Both the position numbers and the translations under genes were made by a program. DNA of 64,000 nucleotides from Gammaproteobacteria bacterium (lineage in GTDB: Bacteria; Pseudomonadota; Gammaproteobacteria; CAJXQU01), in the NCBI GenBank assembly GCA_965238175.1, contig CBDEGZ010000003.1, positions 416,001 to 480,000 on the forward strand, in the 5' to 3' direction. Positions 17,294 to 30,847 of this stretch are shown here, in pieces (the first letter of the stretch is position 1; every line of letters begins with the position of its first letter). Under the pieces are notes generated by a model. That model did no database searches and had not been told where the DNA came from. It saw only the letters and a program-made list of their open reading frames with translations.

Positions 17294-18154
17294 TCAACTT
17301 CTTCGAGTAATTTCTGAAATAGGAAAGTGAGCGACAGTACTCCCATCTTGAGGGCGCATCGATTCGAGCGGAACCCATGCATGTGCATAAACTATCTCAT
17401 AAGTAAGTGGTAACTTACCTTCAACCCGTTGTCTTTCATAGGCCTCTTCCAACTCGTTAATCGCCTTACGACCTAACAAACCTTTTGCTCGATCAGACGA
17501 AGCATTCGTAGCACCCAGACTTTTAAGATCAAAAAGCAACGATTTCGTATCTGTATAAGTTAATGTATAACGATCAACATCTAACACTGGTGCACCAAAA
17601 CCATTCTTAATCAAAGCGTCACCAATAATATGCATATCTAGAAAATCATGTATATGAACATCCGCCTCAACCTCTTGCCACGCAGCTCGTAATTCTTTCA
17701 AAGTATCTGGGCCCACCGTCGTAAAACTAAGTAAACCACCTGTACGTAAAATTCGACGAAACTCCTTAACCACATTATTTATATCATTGCTCCATTGAAG
17801 CGCTAGATTAGAAAAGATCAAATCAACAGAATCACTTCTTAATGGAAGGTGATCAATATCCGCACAAATCAAATTTGTTCTACTCCTGAAACTGGAGAGC
17901 TTTTTTTGATGCTCTCGCAACATACCCTGAGCAATATCGATCGCATAAACACGGCTTTTTTTATAAAGCTTCTCTAGTTTTAAAGATCCTGTTCCCGTAC
18001 CAGATCCTAAATCAACAATTCGTCTTGGATCAATTTTCGTAACCGATAATCTCTCAAGATGTTCAGCAAGCACCGCTTGTTGAACTATAGCTACATCCTC
18101 ATAGCTGGATGATGCTCGGCTGAAAGATTTTGCAACTTTGTTTTTATCTAACAT
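17294..18154 (-). CDS. bioC: Malonyl-ACP O-methyltransferase
   Basis: DLGSGTG SAM motif, SNLALQW, GPDTLKEL; bio operon. Confidence 0.92.
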   Translation of the reverse strand: MLDKNKVAKSFSRASSSYEDVAIVQQAVLAEHLERLSVTKIDPRRIVDLGSGTGTGSLKLEKLYKKSRVYAIDIAQGMLREHQKKLSSFRSRTNLICADIDHLPLRSDSVDLIFSNLALQWSNDINNVVKEFRRILRTGGLLSFTTVGPDTLKELRAAWQEVEADVHIHDFLDMHIIGDALIKNGFGAPVLDVDRYTLTYTDTKSLLFDLKSLGATNASSDRAKGLLGRKAINELEEAYERQRVEGKLPLTYEIVYAHAWVPLESMRPQDGSTVAHFPISEITRRS

Positions 18155-18906
18155 TTAGCAATATGCTCATGGATAAGCTCTGCAACTTGATCTGTTTCAG
18201 TTACGAAAGGAATATGGCCCGAATTAGATATTATCCTGGTTTTTATTCTTGGGTTTAATAATTTGATCTGCTTTTCAACAGCAACCGGCACAAGTGTATC
18301 TCTTTCTCCAAAGATCATCATCGCTGGTGTCTTTAGATCTTTGAGATTTTCTCTCAAATCGGTATTTAATAAAATCTGCAACCCTTGTTCTAAAACTACA
18401 GGTTCTATTTTTGATTTTGAAAGACTATGTAATTCTCGAATCCACGAACGTGGATTTTTATTTCCTGATGTCACGAGACGACCAAACTTATCACGCGTCA
18501 TCGCTGGCTCTTTATTGTAAGCCAAAATAAAACCTTCTAGGACTTTTTGATCCATCGCCTCTGACCAATTTTCCTTTTTTACAAAACAAGGCGTACTTGC
18601 GATCAATATCAAGCTTTTCACACATTCAGGCTCAGTTTTAGCCAACTCCAACGCAACCAAACCACCCATAGACCAACCAATAAATACAGCAGGCTCAATA
18701 ACTTTGTCCCTAATATAACTTGACATTGACGATAGTGAGTACCCACACAATACCTTTTCACCACCATATCCTGGCAAGTTTATTTTTTGAGTCCGATAGT
18801 TCTTTTCAAAAACTTCATTTATTGCTTCAAACACACCTGAATCAAAACCCCAACCATGGATCATAACAATAAGAGGGAGGTTCCCCTTATTAGATGGCAA
18901 GTACAT
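18148..18906 (-). CDS. bioH: Pimeloyl-ACP methyl ester carboxylesterase
   Basis: IHGWG, GWSMGG nucleophile elbow, GHIPF; between bioF and bioC. Confidence 0.88.
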   Translation of the reverse strand: MYLPSNKGNLPLIVMIHGWGFDSGVFEAINEVFEKNYRTQKINLPGYGGEKVLCGYSLSSMSSYIRDKVIEPAVFIGWSMGGLVALELAKTEPECVKSLILIASTPCFVKKENWSEAMDQKVLEGFILAYNKEPAMTRDKFGRLVTSGNKNPRSWIRELHSLSKSKIEPVVLEQGLQILLNTDLRENLKDLKTPAMMIFGERDTLVPVAVEKQIKLLNPRIKTRIISNSGHIPFVTETDQVAELIHEHIAKC

Positions 18907-20056
18907 CACCCAATGCTGAAATCAATGAATCTATATGCTTTTTTTCATGCGCAGCAGAAAATGTAATGCGTAATCTCGAAGTATTTTCAGGAACGGTTGG
19001 AGGTCGAATTGCTGATATTTTTATGCCTTTTTCTAAAAGCAGCTGACTACTCTTTAACGCTTGATCACTATCTCCGACAATTATTGGTTGAATAGGCCCA
19101 TGCGCATTTTCTGATATCGGAATATTTCGCGCAGAGGCCTGCCCTCGAAAATAACCCACAAGATCAAATAATTTTTCTCGCCTCCAACTTTCCTTTTTTA
19201 CTAGCTCTAAGGATTTAAGAATTGCTGCAGCCATAGCTGGCGGCATTGCCGTTGAATAAATATATGAACGAGCTTTTTGGATCAATGTTTCAATCAACTT
19301 TTCTGATCCGGCCACGAAAGCACCCGAAATACCAAATGCTTTTCCAAAAGTGGCTACCATTACTGGAACGTGTTCCTCGTTCAAACAAGCTTCATTCAAA
19401 CGTCCAGCCCCATTTTCACCATAAATCCCAAAACCATGAGCATCATCGACATAACTATTAACCGCATGTCTATGACAAATATCTGAGAATTTTTTCAGAG
19501 GTGCAAAATCACCATCCATACTAAAAAGACTTTCTGTAACAACCCATGATTGATTTTGATCTACCTTGCTTAATAATCCTTCTAAATTAGTCATGTCCAA
19601 ATGATGGTAACGTCGTAATTTTGCAGCAGATAATTTAGCTCCATCTATCAATGAGGCATGTGCAAACTTATCCATGATCAAATTAGTATTCTTATCAGCT
19701 AATGCGCTTAATATACCGACATTTGCTACAAAACCACTAGAAAAAAGCAAAACTTTACTGCGCTTTGTAAATTCAGCCAAAGCATCTTCTAATTGTTGGT
19801 GGATTTTTGTATGGCCTGTAATTAAGGCAGAAGCGCCACTACCTACACCATAATCTTTTAACCCCTCATGCGCCGCTGAAATAATTTCTGGATGGTTAGC
19901 TAACCCTAAATAATCATTGCTACAAAAATTCAGATACTCCTGGTTATCGATGTGAATGAACGCTGTTTGATGGTTTTGTCGCACAGATCGGAGCCGATAG
20001 AGGTTTTCCTGACGTTGCGTTTGTAGATAATTTTCTAACTGATCATCAAGCGACAT
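18890..20056 (-). CDS. bioF: 8-amino-7-oxononanoate synthase
   Basis: FCSNDYLGLA, VDDAHGFG, TFGKAFG, IRPPTVP. Confidence 0.95.
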   Translation of the reverse strand: MSLDDQLENYLQTQRQENLYRLRSVRQNHQTAFIHIDNQEYLNFCSNDYLGLANHPEIISAAHEGLKDYGVGSGASALITGHTKIHQQLEDALAEFTKRSKVLLFSSGFVANVGILSALADKNTNLIMDKFAHASLIDGAKLSAAKLRRYHHLDMTNLEGLLSKVDQNQSWVVTESLFSMDGDFAPLKKFSDICHRHAVNSYVDDAHGFGIYGENGAGRLNEACLNEEHVPVMVATFGKAFGISGAFVAGSEKLIETLIQKARSYIYSTAMPPAMAAAILKSLELVKKESWRREKLFDLVGYFRGQASARNIPISENAHGPIQPIIVGDSDQALKSSQLLLEKGIKISAIRPPTVPENTSRLRITFSAAHEKKHIDSLISALGDVLAI

Positions 20057-21070
20057 TTAGATCGGTTTCATTCCAACTCGACTTAATAAAACCTGATCAC
20101 GCTTGTGTTGTGGATTATCAGTGGTAAGTAATTTTTCACCATAAAATATGGAATTTGCTCCAGCCATAAAACATAGAACCTGATGTTCATCATTCATTTC
20201 TGTTCTACCTGCTGACAAACGCAACATGGAGGCTGGCATCATTATACGAGCGATAGCAATAATTTTTACAACTTCAAACGGATCAATATCTTGCTCACCT
20301 TCCAATGGAGTACCAACAACTTTTACCAGAACATTTATTGGTACACTTTCCGGATGTTTGGACATATTAGCTAAAGATAGCAACAAATCGACACGATCTT
20401 CTTCACTTTCACCCATACCAACAATACCACCACAACAAACATTAATGTCTGCATCTCTTACATTTTGTAATGTGTCCAAACGTTCCTGATAGGTACGTGT
20501 GCTGATAATATTCTCGTAATAGGATTCCGACGAATCAAGGTTATGGTTGTAATAATCAAGCCCAGCTTCTTTCATAGAAACAGCTTGTTCCGAGGTTATC
20601 ATTCCCAAAGTGACACAGCTTTCTAAACCTAGCGATTTTACTTCTTTGATCATTTCAGTGATTTTATCCAAATCACGATCTTTCAATTCTCGCCAAGCAG
20701 CCCCCATACAAAACCGGCTAGCCCCTTTGTCTTTAGCAGCTTGTGCAGCGACTTTTACCTCTTCCAACTCCATTAATTTTTCGGGTTTTAACCCTGTGTT
20801 GTATTTAATGCTCTGAGGACAATAGGCACAATCTTCACTACAACCACCGGTTTTAATGTTGAGCAAGGTACTAAGTTGCACTTCTGATGCATTGAAAAAT
20901 GATCGATGAAGTGTTTGCGCTTGATACAAAGTCTCGAATAAAGGTTGAACAAACAATTTTTCAACCTCCGTTCGGGTCCAATCATTACGAATTTGATCAG
21001 ATTGTTTTAAGTCGTGTTGTTCAATATTAGCGATTTTTTTTTCAATGTTTACTGTTTGCTGAACTGACAT
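20057..21070 (-). CDS. bioB: Biotin synthase
   Basis: CSEDCAYC radical-SAM motif, YNHNLD, RLSAGR. Confidence 0.97.
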   Translation of the reverse strand: MSVQQTVNIEKKIANIEQHDLKQSDQIRNDWTRTEVEKLFVQPLFETLYQAQTLHRSFFNASEVQLSTLLNIKTGGCSEDCAYCPQSIKYNTGLKPEKLMELEEVKVAAQAAKDKGASRFCMGAAWRELKDRDLDKITEMIKEVKSLGLESCVTLGMITSEQAVSMKEAGLDYYNHNLDSSESYYENIISTRTYQERLDTLQNVRDADINVCCGGIVGMGESEEDRVDLLLSLANMSKHPESVPINVLVKVVGTPLEGEQDIDPFEVVKIIAIARIMMPASMLRLSAGRTEMNDEHQVLCFMAGANSIFYGEKLLTTDNPQHKRDQVLLSRVGMKPI

Positions 21071-21114
21071 GCTGTACCTTACATTTATATTTTATTATTT
21101 AATTCTGCATCTTT

Positions 21115-21900
21115 ATGGATGATATCATGAGATCGCTCCAATCCATCAGACAAGTATATAAACAGTCTCTTTCACACCTGAAAAGTAATTATTTGATCGA
21201 GGCAAAAACATTTTGTATTTTATGTGGGGAGAAATGTAATAAAATAAAAACTTTTGAAAGAACACTTCTATGCACTGCCTGTACAAAAGATCTTCCACTC
21301 ATAGAAAACCCTTGTCATGTTTGTGGTATACCATTGCCTTCTAAAAACAGTACGACGACATGTGGAAGGTGTTTAAACACAGCACCTTATTATCAAAAAA
21401 GCACTATTCCACTTCAATATGAATTCCCTGTAACCATATTAGTTAAACAGTTGAAATATAATGATAAATTATTGTTTTCTGAGCTACTTTCACAATTATT
21501 AATCGAAAATATTCAACAAAACTCTAACCCTGTTCCTGAAGTTATTATCCCAGTACCGCTACACCCATATCGCTTAATAAAACGTGGTTTTAATCAATCT
21601 GAATTAATAGCGAAAAAACTATCTAAAAAGCTAGAGATCCCTGTTGATCTAAAAAGTTGTAAACGGATTAAAAACACCTTACATCAAACCAACTTTACTA
21701 TTAAGGAAAGAAAGAAAAACATCCGTAATGCTTTTTCGATCAACGAGTGTTTTTCTGCAAAACACATAGCGATTGTGGATGATGTTGTAACAACCGGCAG
21801 TACGGCCAACGAATTAGCCAGAATGTTTCAGAAATCTGGCACAGAACAAATCGAGATCTGGGCTTGCGCTCGCACAGTTCCTGATCAACCAACTATCTGA
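21115..21900 (+). CDS. comF: ComF/GntX-family phosphoribosyltransferase-like protein
   Basis: Double zinc ribbon CxxC motifs, RGFNQS, IVDDVVTTGST; divergent from bioB; start uncertain. Confidence 0.88.
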   Translation: MDDIMRSLQSIRQVYKQSLSHLKSNYLIEAKTFCILCGEKCNKIKTFERTLLCTACTKDLPLIENPCHVCGIPLPSKNSTTTCGRCLNTAPYYQKSTIPLQYEFPVTILVKQLKYNDKLLFSELLSQLLIENIQQNSNPVPEVIIPVPLHPYRLIKRGFNQSELIAKKLSKKLEIPVDLKSCKRIKNTLHQTNFTIKERKKNIRNAFSINECFSAKHIAIVDDVVTTGSTANELARMFQKSGTEQIEIWACARTVPDQPTI

Positions 21901-21926
21901 GTATGCATCAAAACCCTAAACATCTA

Positions 21927-24332
<2,406 letters not shown>

Positions 24333-24351
24333 CTAGTGTTTAGTGCGAGCA

Positions 24352-25422
24352 TTATAGCACTTCTTGAAAGTTCCCATGTTCCACGTGAAACAGTTTAGCT
24401 TTTTGTATGAAACCTGCTGGAATTAAGTTTTTTTCTGTAGCAGTAATAAATTGCTGTGTTTGTATAGAAGATAACATTTCTATCATGCTTTCTTTTCTTT
24501 CTGAATCTAATTCAGCTGGCAAATCGTCAACAAGCAGTATCGCTTTTTTAGCGACTAGCTGTTTGAGTAATAAAATTTTTGTTATTTCTAAAGCTGTTGC
24601 GAGAAGTTTAGTTTGTCCTCTAGATAAGACTTGAGCAGCAAACTGTTTATTAGTTTTTATCAATAGATCAGACCTGTGCGGACCTCTTCTTGTATAACCT
24701 GCTACAAAATCTTTTTCTCGACACGTTTCTATCGTTTCTCTAAATTCACCCTCACCCCAACCATTTTCATACATTAATGTGACTGGAAACTCACAGTATT
24801 TAGTCAACTCTCGTTGAAAGGTACTATCAAATTGATCAATAACTTTCTTCCGCTGTTGATCTATTACTTCTGCGGATTGAATTAATTTCTCATCCCAACC
24901 CAATAATTCGTTTATAGACCTTCTTTTTCTTAAAAGAACATTTCGTTGTTTGAGTATTTTGTAATAGGTTTGCCAATGTTGATAATAATCTTGTTTCACG
25001 TGGAACAATAGCCAATCTATCAACTTTCTTCTTTTTATTGGACCCCCAAGAATTAATTGATGGTTTTCAGGTGTTAATAAAACAATCGGCTGGATAGTAG
25101 CAAGCTTTGCAGCACTGTTTATCTTTTCACCCGCATATTTTATTAAAGTATTTCTTTTATCTCTCTCTATCCCTAAGGTTCTAATATTTTCTGCTTGTTT
25201 TATTTTTGAGACTATTTGTAGCTTTAATTTGCCATTTTTTATTATGTGCTCTGCTCTTGAGCTGCGAAACGATCTTGATAAAAAAAGTAGATGTATAGCC
25301 TCTAATAGACTGCTTTTGCCGCTAGCATTTTTCCCTGTTATCACATTCAAATAACCTGACGGCTTTAGTATTGCAATCTCAATATTGCGTAGATCTTTTA
25401 TCTGTAGTGATTCTATTGTCAC
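24352..25422 (-). CDS. recF: DNA replication/repair protein RecF
   Basis: GKNASGKSSLLEAI, GPHRSD, LSRGQ, DDLPAELD; dnaN-recF-gyrB order. Confidence 0.95.
   Translation of the reverse strand: MTIESLQIKDLRNIEIAILKPSGYLNVITGKNASGKSSLLEAIHLLFLSRSFRSSRAEHIIKNGKLKLQIVSKIKQAENIRTLGIERDKRNTLIKYAGEKINSAAKLATIQPIVLLTPENHQLILGGPIKRRKLIDWLLFHVKQDYYQHWQTYYKILKQRNVLLRKRRSINELLGWDEKLIQSAEVIDQQRKKVIDQFDSTFQRELTKYCEFPVTLMYENGWGEGEFRETIETCREKDFVAGYTRRGPHRSDLLIKTNKQFAAQVLSRGQTKLLATALEITKILLLKQLVAKKAILLVDDLPAELDSERKESMIEMLSSIQTQQFITATEKNLIPAGFIQKAKLFHVEHGNFQEVL
24377..24392. other. parS centromere site (inside recF)
   Basis: TGTTCCACGTGAAACA matches the canonical parS palindrome. Confidence 0.9.
24992..25007. 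other. parS centromere site (inside recF)
   Basis: TGTTTCACGTGGAACA matches the canonical parS palindrome. Confidence 0.9.
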
Positions 25423-25439
25423 TGTAAGTTGAATAATTC

Positions 25440-26540
25440 TTATAAACGCATAGGCATAATTACATAACGACTTTCACTATCTTCAGACGATGTTATCAAA
25501 CAACTACTATCAGAATCTTTTAACTCAAGGATAACTTGATCAGATTTTATAATATTAAGTACGTCCAAAAGGTATGAAACATTGAATCCAATCTCCATAC
25601 TCTCTCCAGAATAAATAACTTCTATTTCTTCTTCTGCTGTTTCTTGTTCCGGATTATTTGCTGAGGAGATAATTTTTCCTTCTTCTAAAACCATTCGGAT
25701 CCCTCTGAATTTTTCATTCGAAAGTATTGATGTTCTTGCCATACCACTACGTAATTTCTCCCTGTCAGCAAAAACCTTTTTATTACTGCCTTGGGGAATT
25801 ACACGATCATAATCTGGGAATTTTCCATCAATGAGTTTTGTCGTTAAAGATTGGTTCTCTGTGATAACGCGTAAGTGACTAGAACTTATTACTATTTCTA
25901 CGTTTTTGTCATTACCTGCTAACAAACGGTTTATTTCAAGAACCCCTTTTCTTGGCACAATAATTTGTAATAACTTGTCAAGCCCTGTTGAAAAGCGAGT
26001 TTCTGATAATGCAAGTCTGTGTCCATCTGTCGCTACCGCTCGTATGTTTTCTCCATCTAATTCAATTAATAAACCATTTAGATAGTACCTAACATCCTGA
26101 TGAGCCATTGCAAATTGAGTATTTTCTAATAATTTTTTTATGGTTGTTTCTGGTAAATTAAGTGTGCTTTTTTGATCTAAATTTTCAATTGCTGGGAAAT
26201 GATCAGCAGACATAGTACTTAGTGTGAATTTACTTTTGCCGCTGTGTATTTTTATTTTTTCTTCTTCAACGATTAATTCTACATTTGATCCATCTGGTAA
26301 AGCTTTAATAATATCTAAAAACTTTCTGGCAGGAATTGTTGTTTTACCAATACCTTCTGAAACATGTGGAATAACAAAACAAGATTCAACTTCCATATCT
26401 GTTGCTGTTAGTTTTAACGTTTCCTTCTCAACTTGTAAAAGAACATTTGAAAGGATCGGTAAACTTTGTCTTCTTTCTACAACACCTGAAATGGCTAAAA
26501 GAGGTTCCAGGAGTTCTTGTTTATTAATTAATATATTCAT
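25440..26540 (-). CDS. dnaN: DNA polymerase III beta clamp
   Basis: QDVRYYLNG, VATDGHRL, C-terminal VIMPMRL. Confidence 0.97.
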   Translation of the reverse strand: MNILINKQELLEPLLAISGVVERRQSLPILSNVLLQVEKETLKLTATDMEVESCFVIPHVSEGIGKTTIPARKFLDIIKALPDGSNVELIVEEEKIKIHSGKSKFTLSTMSADHFPAIENLDQKSTLNLPETTIKKLLENTQFAMAHQDVRYYLNGLLIELDGENIRAVATDGHRLALSETRFSTGLDKLLQIIVPRKGVLEINRLLAGNDKNVEIVISSSHLRVITENQSLTTKLIDGKFPDYDRVIPQGSNKKVFADREKLRSGMARTSILSNEKFRGIRMVLEEGKIISSANNPEQETAEEEIEVIYSGESMEIGFNVSYLLDVLNIIKSDQVILELKDSDSSCLITSSEDSESRYVIMPMRL

Positions 26541-26759
26541 ATTTAAACCTTATTATTGTTATAATTAAGGAACTCTAATTCTGTTAGTAACTAATTAAAA
26601 ACCTTTATTATCAAATAATTAACTTGTTTGTATCTTTTCTTATAAACCTAGTTGAAAGCTGCATTTATCCTGTGGATTAAATCTGAATAACTTACTTAGT
26701 AAAAGCATACATTTTTACTCCACAAGCTTACCAACAAATTTATCAACAGTCAGGTTCGT
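26541..26759. other. Probable oriC (dnaA-dnaN intergenic)
   Basis: AT-rich tract next to dnaN; IHF consensus TATCAAATAATTA at 26609-21; DnaA-box-like 9-mers at 26671 (reverse), 26682 (reverse), 26716, 26728, 26740; parS nearby. Confidence 0.7.
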
Positions 26760-28124
26760 TTAAGTTGTTAGTATTCTATACAAGTTTGTATAGTCCTCAT
26801 TTATTCTTGGTTCTGCTTTACAAAGCTCATCTATTTTTCTACAGGCGTGTAGAACAGTTGTGTGATCTCGGCCACCAAAAGCATCACCTATTTCAGGAAG
26901 GCTATGGTTTGTAAGGCTTTTTGAAAGCGCCATGGCAATTTGCCTGGGTCTGGCGATGGATCTATTTCTTCTTTTCGAGTTCATGTCAATTACTCGTAGT
27001 TTGAAATATTCAGCAACTATTTTTTTTATGCTCTCAATGGTGACCAGCTTATCCTGTACAGCTAGTAGATCATTAAGTGCCTCTTTAGCAAAATCGAGCG
27101 TCACAGGATGGCCGGTAAATTTTGTATAAGCGATTATCCGTCGTAAGGCGCCTTCCAAATCTCGCACATTAGATTTGAAACGTTCACCCACCAAAAAAGC
27201 CACATCATCGGGTAAATCTATGTTCTCGATAACTGCCTTACTTTTCAGAATTGCAACACGTGTTTCGAGCTCTGGCGGATCAATTGCAACAGTTAAACCC
27301 CAACCAAAACGGGATTTTAATCTTTCTTCTACACCAGAGACCTCTTTTGGATAACGATCACAGGTTAATACGATCTGATGCTCACCTTCTTGTAATGCAT
27401 TGAAAGTATGGAAAAATTCTTCTTGAGATCGTTCCTTCCCGGCAAAAAACTGTATGTCGTCTATTAACAAAACGTCCACGGATCGGTAAAAACGTTTAAA
27501 CTCGTTAATGGTGTTATGTTGAAGCGCCTTAACCATATCAGCGACAAAACGCTCAGAATGTAGATAGACAACATTTGCGCTTGGGTTTAACTCCAGAATT
27601 TTGTTTCCTATTGCATGCATACAATGCGTTTTCCCAAGTCCAACACCACCACAGATAAACAAAGGGTTATATGCAGTGCCTGGGTTTTCAACAACTTGTA
27701 AAGCCGCGGCCTTAGCTAATTGATTAGATTTACCTTCAACTAAATTTTCAAAGGTATAATCTTTTTTAAGGCGGGTTGACGCTTTATATTTACTTTTTGT
27801 TGAGCTTACAGAGTTTGTCTGTGTCTTAATGGCATTAATTTTATTAGAATTAACCGAAGTAATAGGGGCCACTGTGCTCTTGGAGGTACCAATACTTAAT
27901 TCCAGTGAAAATGTTTCATTATTGGAAAGTTTTGTCAGTATTGTATTGATATTTTTAATATATTTGTCTTCAACCCAATCAAGAACAAAGCGGTTTGGTG
28001 CAAGAAGTTTGATTGAATTGTTTTCCTCAATGGCATGCAGAGGGCGGATCCAAGTGCTGAACTGATCTTGGGGGATTTCTGTTTCTAGTTTTTCTAGACA
28101 GCGGTTCCAAAGTGGGTTACTCAC
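26760..28124 (-). CDS. dnaA: Replication initiator DnaA
   Basis: [36 protein letters not shown]. Confidence 0.98.
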   Translation of the reverse strand: MSNPLWNRCLEKLETEIPQDQFSTWIRPLHAIEENNSIKLLAPNRFVLDWVEDKYIKNINTILTKLSNNETFSLELSIGTSKSTVAPITSVNSNKINAIKTQTNSVSSTKSKYKASTRLKKDYTFENLVEGKSNQLAKAAALQVVENPGTAYNPLFICGGVGLGKTHCMHAIGNKILELNPSANVVYLHSERFVADMVKALQHNTINEFKRFYRSVDVLLIDDIQFFAGKERSQEEFFHTFNALQEGEHQIVLTCDRYPKEVSGVEERLKSRFGWGLTVAIDPPELETRVAILKSKAVIENIDLPDDVAFLVGERFKSNVRDLEGALRRIIAYTKFTGHPVTLDFAKEALNDLLAVQDKLVTIESIKKIVAEYFKLRVIDMNSKRRNRSIARPRQIAMALSKSLTNHSLPEIGDAFGGRDHTTVLHACRKIDELCKAEPRINEDYTNLYRILTT

Positions 28125-28194
28125 GAGGACTTATGAAACTCCCTATTAGTTGTTATAGTAATTAAACAGTAAATGATATACCCCTTAATAAAAG

Positions 28195-28203
28195 TTATCC
28201 ACA
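28195..28203 (+). promoter_or_regulatory. Perfect DnaA box upstream of dnaA (autoregulation)
   Basis: TTATCCACA. Confidence 0.8.
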
Positions 28204-28348
28204 GGTAAGTTGATAGTGTTAGGCTGGATTATGAGAACTTAGATTAGAGGCTGAATTTAAGAATACTGAAGATATAATTGACATTAAATTCAGAGAAGAA
28301 GTATGATCGCGTCCCTTTTGCTACAGATCTATAGAGAATAGAAATCTC

Positions 28349-28483
28349 ATGAAAAGAACATTTCAACCAAGTAATCTCAAGAGAAAACGTCGTCACGGTT
28401 TTAGAAAAAGAATGAAAACACGTGCAGGCCGTGCCATCCTGAAGGCAAGAAGAGCTAAAGGTCGTCATAAGTTATCTGCTTGA
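28349..28483 (+). CDS. rpmH: 50S ribosomal protein L34 (below the ORF-track cutoff)
   Basis: [44 protein letters not shown]. Confidence 0.97.
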   Translation: MKRTFQPSNLKRKRRHGFRKRMKTRAGRAILKARRAKGRHKLSA

Positions 28484-28519
28484 TTCTAGAACAGTTGTAC
28501 GAAGTTCAGAGAAAAAAGG

Positions 28520-28849
28520 GTGCGCCAAAGTTACAATCTTAGAGAATCTGCTGATTATCAACAGGTTTTTAAAAAAAATGAAAGTTTGCGCGATAAAAAC
28601 TGGTTAATTTTGTACCGTTCAAATACATTAGAATTTGCGCGATTAGGTTTGGCTGTTTCAAAAAAGAACGTTAAAAAAGCGACTCAAAGGAATCGTATAA
28701 AAAGAATTATCAGAGAAACATTTCGAAAAAAAAAAGCAATGATAGTACCTACGGATATTATAGTTCTTGTGCGTCATGGTATTTCTGAAAAGAGCAACCG
28801 GGAGTTGATAAATTCCATAAATAGTCTCTGGTACAAATTGGAGAGCTAA
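28520..28849 (+). CDS. rnpA: RNase P protein component
   Basis: RLGLAVSKK...RNRIKRIIRE motif; follows rpmH. Confidence 0.93.
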   Translation: MRQSYNLRESADYQQVFKKNESLRDKNWLILYRSNTLEFARLGLAVSKKNVKKATQRNRIKRIIRETFRKKKAMIVPTDIIVLVRHGISEKSNRELINSINSLWYKLES

Positions 28850-28887
28850 TGAAGTTCTAGTTAAATGGCTTAAACGGTTCTAGTGAT

Positions 28888-29139
28888 ATGAAGAAACTTC
28901 TTGTGATGTTAATACGAGGTTACCAGATTTTAATAAGTCCTTGGCTTGGCCATCGCTGTCGTTTCTTTCCCTCTTGTTCAAATTATGCAACCGAAGCGAT
29001 CACTTCTTTTGGTGCTTTAAAAGGTAGTTACCTTTCGGTAAAACGGGTTTGTCGATGTCATCCCTTTCACCCAGGTGGTTTTGATCCTGTTCCCCTAAAA
29101 GCGGATCAAAATACAAAACATCAATCCTCAGGAATATAA
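28888..29139 (+). CDS. yidD: Membrane protein insertion efficiency factor
   Basis: [24 protein letters not shown]. Confidence 0.93.
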   Translation: MKKLLVMLIRGYQILISPWLGHRCRFFPSCSNYATEAITSFGALKGSYLSVKRVCRCHPFHPGGFDPVPLKADQNTKHQSSGI

Positions 29140-29162
29140 ATAATTAAAACAGGAAATTTTTA

Positions 29163-30806
29163 ATGGACAATATGAGATTGATGTTGTTTGCAGCACTTGG
29201 ATTTGTCATGTTGTCCTTGTGGCAAGCATGGCAGCAAGATTATGGTGAGCGGCCTGAGCCACTAACGTTAGAACAGCAAGAAAATATAGACTCAGCACCA
29301 ACATCTATACAAACAAACATGGATGATATTCCAGTTGCTGTTATTAGTGATGATCAACCTGTACTTGAGAACCTTGTTGAGCCACTAACAAAATCCGGTA
29401 AGCGAATTGTAGTAGAAACGGATGTTTTTAAAGCTGTAATAAATACACAAGGTGGCGATATTCGTGGGACGGCGTTAAAAGAATTTCCGGTGACATCTGA
29501 TCGGCCAGATATTCCTTTTGTACTTTTTAACGATAACGAAAGTACATTTTATGCCAGCCAAGGGGGCATCCTTAGTAAACAAGCTGCTGCAAATCATCAT
29601 AGTGTTTTTACTTCCACTTCTGAAAACTATGTTTTAGCTAACGGGCAAGATTCATTAGATGTCGTTTTAACCTGGTCTGAGGGTGAAATAGATATTGAGA
29701 AAATAATAACCTTTCATCGTGGTGAATATCTGATCGACGTTACCTACCGAGTAAAAAATAATTCTTCGGAAAACTGGAGTGGTCGTTTTTATGAACAGCT
29801 AAATCGTAAACACGCTAATGAGGGTCGTAGAATGTTGCCAACGTTCACGGGTGCTGCGATTTCCAGCCCCGAAAAACGTTACGAAAAAATGAATTTCGAC
29901 GATTTAGCAGACGAACCAATTTCAAGAGATGGAACTGAAGGTTGGGTCGCGATGATTGAGCATTATTTTGTTAGCGCGTTAATCCCCAAAAGTGTTGATA
30001 GCTATCATTACTATAGCAAAGTACTTGATAATGGACGTTATGTAATCGGACTCTATGGGCCACAACAAAACATTGCACCAGGTGAAGTAAAAGAAGCAAC
30101 AGTGAAAGTATATTCTGGTCCGAAAACCCAGAAAGTATTAGAGAAAATTGCACCAGGACTCGAATTAACGGTTGATTATGGTGTGTTATGGTTTATTGCT
30201 AAACCAATTTTCTGGTTATTAGATACCATACACTCTGTCGTTGGAAACTGGGGTTGGGCGATTATCCTTGTCACAGTTGTGATCAAAGCTATTTTTTATC
30301 CTCTCTCAGCGATGGGCTACAAATCGATGGCTAGAATGCGAAAAGTAACCCCACGCATGACGGTAATTCGTGAAAGATATAGTAAAGATAAGGCCAGAAT
30401 GAATCAGGCAATGATGGAGCTCTATAAAGAAGAAAAAATAAATCCACTCGGAGGGTGCTTTCCAATTTTGATTCAGATCCCGGTATTTCTTGCTTTGTAT
30501 TGGGTGTTGCTAGAAAGCGTCGAAATGCGACAAGCACCGTTTATGCTTTGGATTCAGGATCTTTCGATTAAAGATCCGTTTTTTGTTCTACCGCTTATTA
30601 TGGGTATCAGTATGTTTATTCAACAAAAGTTGAATCCGCCACCACCCGATCCTTTACAGGCAAAAGTGATGCAATTTTTACCGGTTGTTTTCACCATATT
30701 CTTTGCCTTTTTCCCAGCAGGATTGGTGTTGTATTGGGTAACAAATAATATCCTTTCAATTGCTCAACAATGGACGATTACCAAGCGTATCGAAGCGGCA
30801 GCATAA
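29163..30806 (+). CDS. yidC: Membrane protein insertase YidC
   Basis: VDYG, GNWGWAII, NPLGGCFP, AGLVLYW. Confidence 0.97.
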   Translation: MDNMRLMLFAALGFVMLSLWQAWQQDYGERPEPLTLEQQENIDSAPTSIQTNMDDIPVAVISDDQPVLENLVEPLTKSGKRIVVETDVFKAVINTQGGDIRGTALKEFPVTSDRPDIPFVLFNDNESTFYASQGGILSKQAAANHHSVFTSTSENYVLANGQDSLDVVLTWSEGEIDIEKIITFHRGEYLIDVTYRVKNNSSENWSGRFYEQLNRKHANEGRRMLPTFTGAAISSPEKRYEKMNFDDLADEPISRDGTEGWVAMIEHYFVSALIPKSVDSYHYYSKVLDNGRYVIGLYGPQQNIAPGEVKEATVKVYSGPKTQKVLEKIAPGLELTVDYGVLWFIAKPIFWLLDTIHSVVGNWGWAIILVTVVIKAIFYPLSAMGYKSMARMRKVTPRMTVIRERYSKDKARMNQAMMELYKEEKINPLGGCFPILIQIPVFLALYWVLLESVEMRQAPFMLWIQDLSIKDPFFVLPLIMGISMFIQQKLNPPPPDPLQAKVMQFLPVVFTIFFAFFPAGLVLYWVTNNILSIAQQWTITKRIEAAA

Positions 30807-30847
30807 GCTGTTGGTGTAAATGTGTTTTGAACAGATAATAATCGGCA

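Noticed and set aside
28244-28468. 74-aa minus-strand ORF
   Set aside because: Antisense shadow of rpmH and its promoter.
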